From positions 49,104,001 through 49,168,000 of the forward strand of contig NC_042997.1 of the NCBI RefSeq assembly GCF_006345805.1: DNA of 64,000 bases. The letters are read 5' to 3'. Positions 37,433 through 50,661 of this stretch are shown here, one piece after another. The notes under the pieces are model-generated. The model saw only the letters and a program-made list of their open reading frames with translations, ran no database searches and was not told the origin of the DNA. The first letter of the stretch is position 1, and every line of letters starts with the position of its first letter. A program made the position numbers and the translations under genes. This stretch comes from Octopus sinensis. Its lineage: Eukaryota.

Positions 37433-37919
37433 CTAGAAAAAGGATATCAAAAAAAATATTAGCTTTTCACTTGGACTCAAGACAATAAATTGGAGAGGTT
37501 GGGTACAATAGTTTTGTCTTCATAACCAGACTGAGCCACTGAATGAATGACAGATAAACCTAAAATAAAAGACTCCCTTCAGTCAGGAATGACCATGGGA
37601 TTACACCTAGAAACTTCACTTCCAAGGCACTAGTCCGGGTAAGGCTGTTTATGGAAGAATAATAGTCACCCATGCATACAAACCTCCCTTCTCCAATGCC
37701 ACCAATTTTATCCAAGGGAAAAGCAAAGGCCAATACACCTTGGTACCAGTGACATTGCAACTCATTTCTACAGCTGAGTGAACTGGAACAATGTGAAATA
37801 AAGTGTCTTGCTCAAGAACACAACACATAGCCCAGTCTGGGAATCGAACTCATTACCTCATGATTGTGAGCTTGACACTCTAACCACTGAGCCATGTAGT
37901 TCATATAGACCTAACATAC

Positions 37920-38350
37920 CACTCTGCTTAACACCATCATCACTTGGTTCTTGCAAATTGAGTGATTGGTATACTGGTTCATTGATAGATTTAGCATCCC
38001 ATTTGGTTCAACAGTCACCACCTAGTTCTTTGTAATTGACTTCAATAGTATATTGGTTGAATGGTCGGCCTAACAGATTGGTATACTGGTGGAATGGGTC
38101 TTGCTAAGTGAGTTCAATGACTGATTGATATACCAGTTGAATGGTAGGCCTATCTCTACCACCCAGCTCTCAATATCATTACAACCTAGTCCTTTATAGC
38201 TGAGTTCAATACCTGGTTAGTACACTGGTTGAATAGTAGGCCAAACATACCACTCAGTTCAGTACTTTTACCATCTGGATCTTGCTAATTGACTTCACTA
38301 GCTCATTAGTACACTGGGTGAATGTTAGCTTTAACACAGCACTCAGTTTA
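37920..38350. repeat. Degenerate tandem repeat, ~70-90-bp unit, about 5 copies
   Basis: Recurrent TCTT..TAA.TGA.TTCA.TA...GT.TACTGG.TGAATG.T.GGCC near 37950, 38025, 38097, 38188 and 38278. Confidence 0.6.
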
Positions 38351-38718
38351 AGATGAATTGAAATGCTCAAAGCCATTCCCCCCATCCCACCCCCATTCCA
38401 ATGTGGAATTTACAGTACATTCAATTAACAACAATTCTTCATATGTGATTACTACTTTATTTCATCAACTCTAGGTCAATCGAAAATAGTCAGTACTGGA
38501 AAGATTCAAACTCTTGACTGACAAGTACGAAACTAAAGCTACAATGCACTTACTGACCTATTTGAGCATTTCAACTAAGTTAATCCACCAGTCTACTTAG
38601 AAAGTTTTAATCTGAAAATTTAATGCTAACCAACATTTGACATATTTACATGGAAATTAAGAAAGATCTCAAAACTGTTTGATACGAGGACCATGTAGGA
38701 ATATTAAAAGAGCCAGAC

Positions 38719-38947
38719 TTAACCCTTTCATTACTGTATTTATTTTGAGATGCTCTGTGTTTCTTTCAATTATTTTAAATATAACAAAGAATTTAGTAAA
38801 ATAACTTAGTTATCACTCAGTAAGTATTATGAACATAAATTGTGACTAAGGTTTGGTGGTATATTTTAATGTAAAACTTATGAAAACAAGACATTTGTAT
38901 TACACAGCCAGAGCCGGTTTTGGCCGGGTTGGTAACGAAAGGGTTAA
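38719..38947. mobile_element. piggyBac-type MITE family 1 (other copies 41896-42125, 47289-47517, 59615-59840)
   Basis: TTAA|CCCTTTC...GAAAGGG|TTAA; ~220 bp; four similar copies. Confidence 0.85.
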
Positions 38948-40007
38948 GGAAACTTTTTCAGTGTTAAATAATTCTATTAATGTTTATTAAATTGTAAACT
39001 CATGTAAACAAAAGCAAAGTATTACTTCAAGCTAATGTCAGCTTGAAAATACTTTGAATGATGACATAAGGGACATGATCAGATTGTTTACACACTAATT
39101 TAAACATGAAGTTATAGCTACAGCGGTAAAATATAAGCAGACTCTCAAGTCTTTTTTTAGAGTAAAAAGGCAATATCTAAAGACAGACACAGAAACATGA
39201 AATTTTGTAACTGAAAGGTTGCAATCTTAATTTTTGTTTTAAATTTCAATTTGTAAACTTAATTATATTCCACCTATATCTCTCTCTCTCTGTATATATA
39301 TATACTCTTTTACTCTTTTACTTGTTTCAGTCATTTGACTGCGGCCATGCTGGAGCACCGCCTTTTAGTCGAGCAAATCGACCCCAGGACTTATTCTTTG
39401 TAAGCCTAATACTTATTCTATCGGTCTTTTTGCCAAACCGCTAAGTAACGGGGACGTAAACATACAAGCATCGGTTGTCAAGCGATGTTGGGGGGGGGAC
39501 AAACACAGACACACAAACACACACACACACACATATATATATATACACATATATATTATTGATAATTTATAAGGGAATTCTACAAACGATTTCAATTTTA
39601 CTCAGTTAGGTTTTCAAAAATTTGTCCATATCAACAGTTACTATATAAATTTTGTTATAATTCTTATTAGATAAGAATTTAGAGATATATTCCGCTGATT
39701 TATTCCAAATAGATAACTTTTAACCATATATTAAACGTATGTAGGTCAATATTAAGCTGTATTTAAATCAAAATGTAAATTTCAATTCATGAAATGCCAC
39801 TTTATCATTATATATTTATCATTATATATATATAATGGTTGTATACTGTCAATCTCTCCACCACCGTACACCTCTCTACGAGAGATTTAGAAACTCAATA
39901 TTTCTTATTATATATATATATATATATATATATAATCAATTGCAGTGTGGAAGGTGTTTGTAAGCCATTTAAGAAACACACAAAAGCCGTTCAACATTTA
40001 AGTTTAA

Positions 40008-40058
40008 TTTGTCAAAATATTTTCGTCGCTATAAGACCGCGACCTGTTCACTGACAAA
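40008..40058 (-). ncRNA. Candidate variant hammerhead fold (G3-C8 core) within a TA-flanked repeat
   Basis: UUUGUCA-GUGAACA-G-GUCGC(9 nt)GCGAC-GAAA-AUAU-UU-UGACAAA: stem I 7 bp, stem II 5 bp, palindromic stem III. Confidence 0.5.
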
Positions 40059-40204
40059 AATCGTGGTGCAGCACGGATTTTTGTCAGTGTATATCTTATA
40101 CACACACACATACATTAATCAAAGTATACAGTATTGTAGATCCATTTCAGCTAAACTTGACACTCAGTTTTGCGCTGGATATTAATTAACGGCATGAGCG
40201 AGTA

Positions 40205-41097
40205 ACACCATATGCAGACGACATCAAGCTGTACCTTGAAATCAAGAGGACTGATCCTGATGTCTACAACTCTTTCCTGCAATCAGACCTAGACACAATG
40301 CAGCAATGGATCACAGACTGGCAACTGAAACTGGCTGTGGACAAGTGTACCACCATGCATTTTGGGAGAAAAAACCCTGCGTCCACATACTCCCTCCACA
40401 ACACTGATATCAAGAAATCCTCTTGCGAGCGTGACCTAGGCATCACTGTCAGCAGTGATTTGCGTTGGACAAAGCATATCTCTAAAATTGTCAAGAAGGC
40501 CGAGGGTGTCTTGGCATCACTCAGCAAGACTTTTGTTAGCTGCTCTCCAGCCATCTATTTAAAACTGTATACAGCTATGGTACAACCACACTTGGAATTC
40601 GCATCATCAGTTTAGAATCCCTATCTTGCTCAGAACATTGACCTCCTGGAATCTGTCCAGAGACGTGCAACCAAACGCATACCCTCCATCAGACACCTAC
40701 CATATTCTGAGCGCCTTGTTTCCCTGGGCATGGATTCACTGAAGCTCCGGCGTCTGGCGACGGACTTGGTAAACACCCACAAGGTTATCAACCACCTCAC
40801 CAACAACAACACTGAACAACTTTTTGATCTCCATGTGTCTAACACACGTGGACATGCCTACAAAGTCAGAAAACAGCACAGCTCCCATGACTTTCGGAAA
40901 CATTTTTTCACACTCAGGGTTGCTGAAGCGTGGAATAAACTGCCTGCATCAGTTGTTGACTGCCATGACACTGCATCCTTTAAGGCCCTCATGCTTCCCG
41001 AAATCCGTCGAAACTACACCTGATTATATATACACTTTAGATGAGTTGTAGTGCACCTGAGCATTGTACACAATTATTATTATTATTATTATTATTT
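40205..41097 (+). mobile_element. 5'-truncated CR1-clade LINE
   Basis: YADDIKLY, ERDLGITVSSDL, PHLEFASSV*NPYL, LESVQRRATK, FFTLRVAEAWNKLP; (ATT)n tail; one in-frame stop seen. Confidence 0.9.
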
Positions 41098-41558
41098 TAT
41101 ATGCTCTTCAAAGATAGCAAGTATTTTATTTTTTCCATACCTGCCATCCCTGAAGAATTTGTAGTGTTACATAACTTTGCTGTTATCGTTGTATGGTTAC
41201 CTAATCTCTTGTATGAAACTGACTGGTAAGATTAGGTGAAATGGATCTATAGTTCTGTATACTTAGATTAATATATGAGTGCATATTTTTTATGACATGG
41301 ATTCTTAGATGACTCTCTCTCTCTCTCTGTGGATTGGGGGAGAGACAGGCTGAAAAACCCATACACACACAAACAGAGGCAGACTCCATTTGATTTGCCT
41401 TTGATCCACTATATGAAGACAAAATGTTTCCATGTCATACCTGCGACTCAGTGAAATACAGCTTGTTAATCTACCATAAAATAAATATGACTAAACATAA
41501 GGCAAATAAATATGAAGAGAAAGAAGAAGTAGTTACAGTGTTATCTGTTCGTACTTAC

Positions 41559-41747
41559 CAATTGGATTACAATTGCATGGCATGCACATATGTTGTGGTT
41601 GTTTCAAAAAGTGGTTCACTTTGCACTGGTCACACGCAGGTCCAGCAGTGTTGTCCCGACAGTTGATACAATAGCCACCATGACCAGTTTGGTCATACAA
41701 AGTTTGGTTGAAAATACATTCCCGAGATTTTCCATTGCAGTTACACT
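41559..41747 (-). CDS. LAMC1: Laminin gamma exon, LE2
   Basis: CNCNGKSRECIFNQTLYDQTGHGGYCINCRDNTAGPACDQCKVNHFLKQPQHMCMPCNCNPI; atttcag| and |gtaagt. Confidence 0.93.
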
Positions 41748-44208
41748 CTGAAATCAGACAAATAAATGGATAAATAAATAAAATGCACAAGTCACAATAT
41801 TTGCAATCAGTGCATCACAGACATCTATTTTAATGACGTGTATAACTGTGAGTATATCTGTGCAAGAAAGGTTGGGGTGGTTGACGATTCTATATTTAAC
41901 CCTTTTGTTACTGTATTTATTTTGAGATGTTCTGCATTTCTTTCAATTAATTTTAAATGTAACAAAGAATTTAATAAAATAACTTAGTTATCATTAAGCC
42001 AGTGTTAGGAACATAAATTGTGACTAAGGTTTGGTGGAAGATTTTAATTCAGAACTTTTGAAAACAAGACATTTGTACGACAGAGCTAGAGGTGGTTTCA
42101 GTCGGGTTGGTAACGAAAGGGTTAATGAATTACAGTAAAGATGACATCTTTAGTACGTAATATCACATTAGTTATATAATCCATTCCAGGAACTGGAGAG
42201 GTAGAAAGGAGAATTTAGAGTCAGAATTCAGATTTATCAAGACTGTCATTCTTATAACTTTCATGTCACTGGTGCCGAGAGGTAATCACCCTTCCACAAA
42301 TTTCAACAGTTTTCTTAACTGAGGAATATCTACAGCATAGGCAGACAGTCCTTCCCAGTGTAGTTTTCCTTCAGTTGGCGCTTTGGGAAACAGTCCAGAT
42401 TTAACTAGGTCAAGAAAAAAATGTTTCGAACTTTATTGTTATTTCACATTTACTTTCCATGTTGGCATGGACCAGATGGGTCATTTCTGCTCTTCCAGAT
42501 GGATCAGGAAAGCATATTACATCTATTATCTTTGTATTTAATTTGGTTTCAATGGCTGGATATCTTTCCTAATACCAACCACTTTAAAGAGTGTACTACA
42601 TGCATTTTTTTTGTAGCACTAACACTAGAGGGATTGCTATGTTTTTTGACAAGGCTAACACATTTTCACAACCCTACACTTTGCAGGGTGAACCGGGTAC
42701 ATTCCATTGTGGCACCAATACCAGAGAGAATGTGAGTGAGAAAGTGATGGGTAGCAAGGGAATGGTCAGTGAAGAAGATAGGTAGAGTGTATGAGGAAAA
42801 TGCAAGTCTGGTGGAGTTTCTTAATTATATATCTGAAGAAGGTAAAAGAGCTAGAGTGATAAGGATGAGAGAAGGAAGGACGATAGTACAAAGTCCAAAA
42901 TTCCCTATTCTATGAAACAAGACTAACGGGCACTTAAAATTTGCGACATACATATTATCATGTATTTTGGTAACTGTATTGTTGAAAACCAACTTCCTTT
43001 TTTTTTTAAAGAATCAACTTGACTTTTAATACTTTCCATGACTATGACTGACAGATACAATAGAGAAAATGCCAGCCTTTAACAGTATCGCATCTAGAAG
43101 ATTTCTCTTGAAACAAAGCTCCAAGGTAGTTTATTCTACATTGTTCATAGCAGAACTTGAGTACAACACTAAAAGCTAAGAAAACATTTGTCAACTATAC
43201 AATGCTTCTACTACTTGCAGTGGTGAATAGTACCACACAACTGCACCCATGTACAATTAGCTAGATGTTTCCACATAAAGCATAAAAAAACCTGTGGCTT
43301 AAGTTTTACAAAAAGTAAAGCAGTAACAACCCCAAAACAAACAAAATACCACCAAAAAAAATGAAATAAATACACAGAAATACCAATACAAAAAACTTCT
43401 TTTGTTTGACAAATAAGTATACACTATGTAAAAATACTTACCTGAAATTATATCCTGAGAGCAATAATAAAAGATGAAAAGATAATTTTACAGTAACTAT
43501 TGATACAAAAACCATTTTAAAATACATTAAACTTTGCTTGTTCATCAAATAGTTTAATTAGTCTCAAATCTTTATTTCTCGTTGGGTTCCATCACTCACA
43601 CTTTAATAATAATAATAATATTATTATTATAATTATTATTGTTATTATTATTATTTTTTCTTCTTTCAAATTTGCTTCCATTTCTAGCCAAGTGTCTTCC
43701 CGACTCCTAGGGCAAAGAAACTCATAGTATACATTGGTAGGCCATTAAACTAAACTCAATAGTTCGTTCATTTTTTTTTTTTAAGTTAAATTAAAATACA
43801 TGGGTAGTAATAGTTCTCACATCGACAATGCTCTTCTCAATACGTGTGATGTACCAGTTAAGACAATCTTTTGCACTTTAAGGACCCATCACTAAAATAT
43901 GATGGGTCCTTAAACCTCATAAAATACGAGAATGGAAATAAAATATTGATTTCAAATTTTGGCAACAAGGTCAGCAAATTCAGAGGAGGGATAAAATCAA
44001 TTACATTGACCCCAGTGCTCAATTGGCACGTATTTTATTGATCCCGAAAGGAGGAAAGGCAAAGCTGACCTCAACAGAATTTGAAATGTAAAGATGGACT
44101 AAACGCCAGAAAGCATTTTGCTTGGCATACTAACGAGTTTCCCAGTTCTCTGCCTTCTCTAAGAGAAATAAAATACTATGAATAATTTTGATTAACTTAA
44201 TCACTTAC

Positions 44209-44375
44209 GTAGACACTCTTGAGCATCAGTTTCTGTTGCTCTTTTCCAGGGTCTATCGTTGTAAAAACTACTGCACTTTTCACAGCTTACTCCTGCAGTG
44301 TTGTGCTCACACTTACACCGGACACGGTTATCAGCGGTTTTTTCACAGGCTTTAGCATGACCATTACATTTGCAT
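44209..44375 (-). CDS. LAMC1: Laminin gamma exon, LE1
   Basis: CKCNGHAKACEKTADNRVRCKCEHNTAGVSCEKCSSFYNDRPWKRATETDAQECL; tttcag| and |gtaagt; phase 2 to 1. Confidence 0.93.
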
Positions 44376-44718
44376 CTGAAACAAAAAAGAAACTATAAAT
44401 TATTGGCAGGAAATAATCATGAAGGTTTCAAAACTAATTGTTTGAGAGTAAACATCAATCAATATAAAGAAACTTGACAACAAATCAGGCTTAAGAAATT
44501 TAGCAAAACACATGCAACAATATTTTTCTTTTACACAGTAAAAGGTGCAGGAGTGGCTGTGTGGTAAGTAGCTTGCTTACCAACCACATGGTTCCGGGTT
44601 CAGTCCCACTGCGTGGCATCTTGGGCAAGTGTCTTCTGCTATAGCCCTGGGCCGACCAATGCCTTGTGAGTGGATTTGGTAGACGGAAACTGAAAGAAGC
44701 CTGTCGTATATATGTATG

Positions 44719-44749
<31 letters not shown>

Positions 44750-47700
44750 TTGTGTGTCTGTGTTTGTCCCCCTAGCATTGCTTGACAACCGATGCTCGTG
44801 TGTTTATGTCCCCGTCACTTAGCGGTTCGGCAAAAGACATCGATAGAATAAGTACTGGGCTTACAAAGAATAAGTCCCGGGGTCGATTTGCTCGACTAAA
44901 GGCGGTGCTCCAGCATGGCCGCAGTCAAATGACTGAAACAAGTAAAAGAGTAAAAGAGTAGGACATTGTGCAGAAACATGGAATCTCAAAATAATATGAA
45001 AGCTTAAAAACAGTTATGAAGAAGAAACAGGAATGGCAAAACCCATGAAGAGATAATGGCTTCTGAACATTATTATGTTCACTGAGAATATAAAACAACA
45101 CTTTTTTTTAAGGCAAGGAGACAGTAAAACACACACACTCTCATTTAATTGCATACATATGCACATCTATACACCAAGCTTCTTTCAGTTTCTGTCTACA
45201 AAATGCATTCATAAGGCTTTAGTTGGTTTAGGGCTTTTGTAGAAGACACTTGCCCAAGGTTCTAAGCAGTATAATTGAATCCATAACCATACATTTGATA
45301 CTATCAACCTGAGGTTGATGATTAATTAACTCCTTTTTTGCAAAATTTCAGATCTTGTGCCTACTATGTGAGAAAGAAATACTAATCTAGCTGAAGTCAA
45401 ATTTTCATTTTTCTATGTACCCCACCTGACAAAATTTGGGACCTTGTTTCTATATAACATATCAAAAACAGTACCCGGATATGAAGTCCTTGATTCACAA
45501 AACTCAAAAAATCATTATGCAGAATTAACAGCTGGCTATAGAAGAGATGACTAGATCTTTGTCATTTTAAAGTATTCTATTTTTCAAAGGTGGAAAGGTG
45601 TGTAATACAATTCACAGGTTTCTATGAGTTTTAGTTCCATGTTATATCTCGTCTGTAAGACTCGTCAATTTTTAAATAACAAGCCTAATTAAAATTTATT
45701 CCATTGATTGAAGTAAAAATTCAGGGCTTAATAATCTTCCAACATACTTTGCATTAAAAACTTATTTTCAAGATGTGAGAAGAAATAAACTTTCTTTTTG
45801 TTTCCTTTCCTGCAGACTTTTAGTTAAAAATACTACAAGCAGGAACTCACTGTTACTTTAAGATGCTTCCTTTCTTATATAATTCCATCAATCTTCTGTG
45901 TGTGCCCCATGTGATGGGTAGATACCAACACAAGGTGTCACTTGAATTTCAGTTGACATTTTAATGGAGTTACTTAATATCTTCAAAGGAGTAAACTTTA
46001 GAAAGAATGTGTTGACCTGATCATAATTAATGAGAATTTTCTAAACAAATTAAGCATCCTTCAGCAGTAAAACATGAAATGCCAATTATGATTTATGCGT
46101 CTGGTTCTATATGAACTGCGAAAATAAAGACCAAGACCCTAGCATTGCTTGACAACCGATGCTGGTGTGTTTACGTCCCCGTCACTTAGCGGTTCGGCAA
46201 AAGAGACCGATAGAATAAGTACTGGGCTTACAAAGAATAAGTCCCGGGGTCGATTTGTTCAACTAAAGGCAGTGCTCCAGCATGGCCGCAGTCAAATGAC
46301 TGAAACAAGTAAAAGAGTAAAAGAGTAAGCCACATCTGAAAGTAACCAGTTGCTTTGGCTGTGTAAGGCCCTAAGTCAACAACGATCAATCAAGTCCATG
46401 GCATGTAGGTTGTCAATTGAATGACCAGGAGTGACCCACAGGTTCATCTTGTTAGTTATACCATGTTTCCATCCAGCTCAATACTATACTGCACACTCTA
46501 GTAGGTAATGATGATTCATATGGGATCTACAGTAAGATAGTCTGAACTTACTGCAATCCTTCAACTGTTCAGTCTGTCTTATGCACTTGTAGATTCTGAT
46601 AATGGTTCAAAAGAGGTGAGCAAAGTGAACTCAGTCACAGCATGACATTAGTTCATCATCATCATCATCATCATCATCACCTTCATTATTTTGACATCCA
46701 CTTCTAGATGCTTGCATGGGTGAGTCAGATAGAATTCATTGAGGCAGATTTTCTACAATTGGATGCTCTCCCTACCTCCAGCCTCACCTGTTTCCAAATA
46801 AGATGATGCTTCTCATGGCTTGGCATGTTTTCACAGAAGACAGGCAATGAAGGACATCACTTGTATGACAGTGATGCTCCTTGACAGCTACCACATGAGG
46901 TCAGACATATAAATTCCAAGAAGCAATAAATTACAGAACTCAATACATAAACATAGAGTGTTCTTTAAAACATTATAACTGAAAGGCTCATAATTCCAGT
47001 ACTCCAAGTTTCACATTTCCGATTATTCAACTGGTGGGAAGAGCATCCAGCCATAGAAACCATGTTAGGACAGACAATGGAGCCTGGTGGAGTCCCTGGC
47101 CTTACCAGTACCAGTCAAACAGTCCAAGCGCCATGCTACATGGAAAAACGGATGATGATGATCTGAACCTAGTGACAAGTACAAAAACAGCAGTTCCAAG
47201 CTCTTTTCATTTCATTTCCAGCTCTCAAGGGCCACTGAGGTTATTAAAGAAGTCATAACTATGTGGCCAGTAAATAACAGGACAGCATTTAACCCTTTCG
47301 TTACTGTATTTATTTTGAGATGCTCTGTGCTTCTTTCAATTATTTTAAATATAACAAAGAATTTAGTAAAATAACTTAATTATCATTCAGCTAGTGTTAG
47401 GAACATAAATTGAGACTAAGGTCTGGTGGTATATTTTAATGCAAAACTTACGAAAACAAGACATTTGTACTACAGAGCCAGAGCCGGTATCAGCCGGGTT
47501 GGTAATGAAAGGGTTAACCTCAAAAGTCTTTATTCAGCTTTGTGCATACAAAGAAAAAAAATTCAAAAAGATAATAAGCATTTTTTCAGGGAATAAAGTT
47601 TGGGTCAGACCATTATGTTTCTCCTTCACCACCATATTTCTTGTTTGATAACACAACTAGCATTTGAAGTTCTACTGTCCTTGTAAACAGACAAAATTCA

Positions 47701-48562
47701 CCTCGCAGTTGCTTCCATCCTAAGCCCATTTCATAATCATCAAGAACAGAGACCAAAATAAATACTAATTACATATATATTCACATACATAAGCGCAATA
47801 AATAGCATCAAACACCTAACGACTGTATATTCTGTCAGACTATTCCTAACAGGTGGAACCTTTATGAATAATTAATTGTATGGACTTTCTAAATGAGGTG
47901 TTAAGAGATATTATATTCATGATATTTTCCTAAGATAGTAATATATCCATAAGCAAAATGGTCTTCCTAATAACAAAATATAATAATTTAACCATTAGTA
48001 TTTAAACTGGCCTTATCCAGACCAAATATTCTTTTGTTTTATATTCAAACTAGCCAAATCTGGCTTTTCACACCTATCCTACAATGTCATTTTAAAACTA
48101 AACAATCACATCATTGAAATTTCAAAGCCACAAGATAAAACATGATTGATTCAAAACAATATGAATAGATTAGGATTACATTTAACTGGGTAATCTAAAT
48201 GCTGAAGAGTTAAGGCCAAAATTCAGTCGTGCAAAAGCTGATAAACATATCAATGAGAATGCCATTGAAAAAAAACCAAAATGGCACATGTGTGTGTGCG
48301 TGACCACTGCTTGACAACAGGTGTTAGTTGTTTACAACCGTTAACTTAGTGGTTCAGTAAAAGAAACTGGGAGAATAAGTACCAGACTTTAACAACAGAA
48401 TTAGTTATTGCTATAACTCACACAATTTTGAGTCATTTTAGAACTTTTTAAAACTGTAGAAAATATATCAGTCATCTTGGAGACATTTAATTGGTAAAGA
48501 GAACTTTACTGAGACAATAACTAATAGAAAGATGGATTGCCATAATAGAGCTTCCATATAAA

Positions 48563-48949
48563 TCTATATATATATATATATATAAAGCTAAAGTTGTCTA
48601 TGTGTGTGTGTGTGTGTGTGGCAGGTTTGGTAGCCTTCAACTAACACAATCTCCTCTGAGACTCTGCGGCACAAGTTGACCAAAATTGAGACTATGATAG
48701 AAGAAGGCTTGCTCTTCCTTCCGTAGAAGAAAGAATTCAAAATTTCAAATTGGACCATGTTAAGACCAAAAATTATTTACATCAAAAAGGTGCTTTTTTT
48801 CTATGAAGATCCCTATTTTTTTACAATTTTTTGACTGCTGTATCACCATTTTTCAGTATATTTCAACCAGAAAAATGTTCACTTAAAGGGAATAACAAGC
48901 TACATAATGCAAAATTTTACTTTTCAAAAATTCCGGGCTATACTGCTAG
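48563..48949 (+). mobile_element. Non-autonomous Helitron, second family
   Basis: A|TC(TA)n AAAG start; CCGGGCTATACTGCTAG|T end shared with the 34018 family. Confidence 0.65.
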
Positions 48950-50287
48950 TGTTTATATATTCATAAAGGGAAAATAAAGCAAGTACAGTGACAAAAAGCA
49001 TTCAGTGTATACTTCAAGAATGAATTTACATTGCAAGTCATAAAAGGGAAACAAATAATGAATAGATTATCACAAATGTGTAAAGCACAGGCTTAACATT
49101 CACACAGAGAGATTCTACACGTTAATATATCAGTGCATCAATCACAGGGCGATTGGTTTAGTTCCTTGACAAAGTGGCATGTTGCGTCCTTGAGCAAGGC
49201 ACTTCATTTCACACCATGCCATTCCACTCAGCTGAAACTGAGTACTAACCTTAATTAGTGGAGGTGCATGGCTTAGTGGTTAGGGTGTTGGACTCATCAT
49301 CATAAGATTGTGGTTTCCATTCCTGGATCAGGCAATGCATTATATTCTTAAGCAAAACACCTCGTTTCACATAGCTCCAGTCTACTCAGTTGACAAAAAT
49401 GAGTAATCCTGCGATGGACTTGTGGACTGACCAGGTGGGGAATATATATGCCATGGAATCTGGCCCTTATGAGTCAGCATGACTCAAGAAAGTAACTTTA
49501 CCTTTACTTTTTTACCAACCTTAAAGGTATTAGAGCCCCAGTTGCAACATCCTCAGCCTCCCTACTGCTGCTCAGTCAAGAAGTAGGAAGGCTGTGAGAG
49601 TACCTGTGTCTGCTCATGACTACACAGACACCTAAAACAATTAGTGATAGCATGGTACATACTAATTAGTAATACTTACAAGTGATGGCTGTGGTTGCTG
49701 GTTAATTTTATAAGTGTAAATAATGTAAATTATCAACTTTAGCTGGTTAAATGTTTTAAAGAAGTATTTGAACAGACCAGAACATCAGGTGATACACAAA
49801 ACATTAAACAGATTCTACTTTGGAATTCAGTTATGTTAGCATAAAAACCAAAATAATTTGCCAGAATAATTATAGCTTATCATAGCCATATAGTTTTGAT
49901 GACTTTCAGACAGATTATTGTAAACGTGCTAAAATGGATAAGATGAATTTTTTAAAATTTAGGTAGTTTATCAAATATTTCATTGCTTCCTTTCACTTAT
50001 CTATGAAGCAAAAATGGTATTAAATGCAAGTAATGCAAATTGAAACAAACATAACATGTCTTATCTGGAGGTACAGCACCATACATTAAATGAATTGGAT
50101 CACTATCTTGCAACATGTCATCTGCCACCTTAGCCTGCCAGCAACCATCTTATCTGTTTCTCCACCTATATGTGTGTATGTATGTGTGATTGCATAGTTA
50201 TACAAGTTAATCTAGATAATATGCATACATAGATTAATAAATAATAGTCTTTTAGTTGCTAGCTATTAGAAAAAAACAACAAGTATA

Positions 50288-50661
50288 AACAAGGGCACTC
50301 AGAGAGAGCAAACTTTTGCCAAGGCAACACTGTCCTCTCAATGATTAGCCAGGGATGATTTTTAAAATGGGAATATCCGAAATAAACTCGACAGCTCTCA
50401 AAAACAAGAATACTAAAAATGAAGCCGACCACTCTCAAAAATTAAGTAAAAATACAAGAAAAATAATCCAGAATCCTTGTCCGGTACCGGATCGATACCC
50501 AAATCTAATCAGTTTGTGCCAGTCATGAGGCCAAACATCCCTCAAAGTTTCATCCGAAGCCATCCAGCAGTTCTTGAGATATTTTGTCCACAGACAACCA
50601 AACAAACAAACAAATATGACTGAAAACAATACCTCCACCTTCGCTAAGGTGGAGGTAATAA
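50288..50661 (+). mobile_element. Helentron/DINE-like non-autonomous element
   Basis: Internal (CAAA)n followed by terminal hairpin ACCTCCACC-TTCGCTAA-GGTGGAGGT; AAGTTTCAT..ATCC core. Confidence 0.55.

Larger units (their letters stand above)
1393..44375 (-). other. LAMC1: Laminin gamma chain gene (LAMC1/LanB2-like), partial: 21 coding exons; LN-domain exon(s) and C-terminal exons not found in window
   Basis: Exons join with GT-AG sites and consistent phases. Domain order is LE x4.5 - L4 - LE x6.5 - coiled coil. Gamma-1 hallmarks include [27 protein letters not shown] and CPPCYNLV. Confidence 0.95.
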
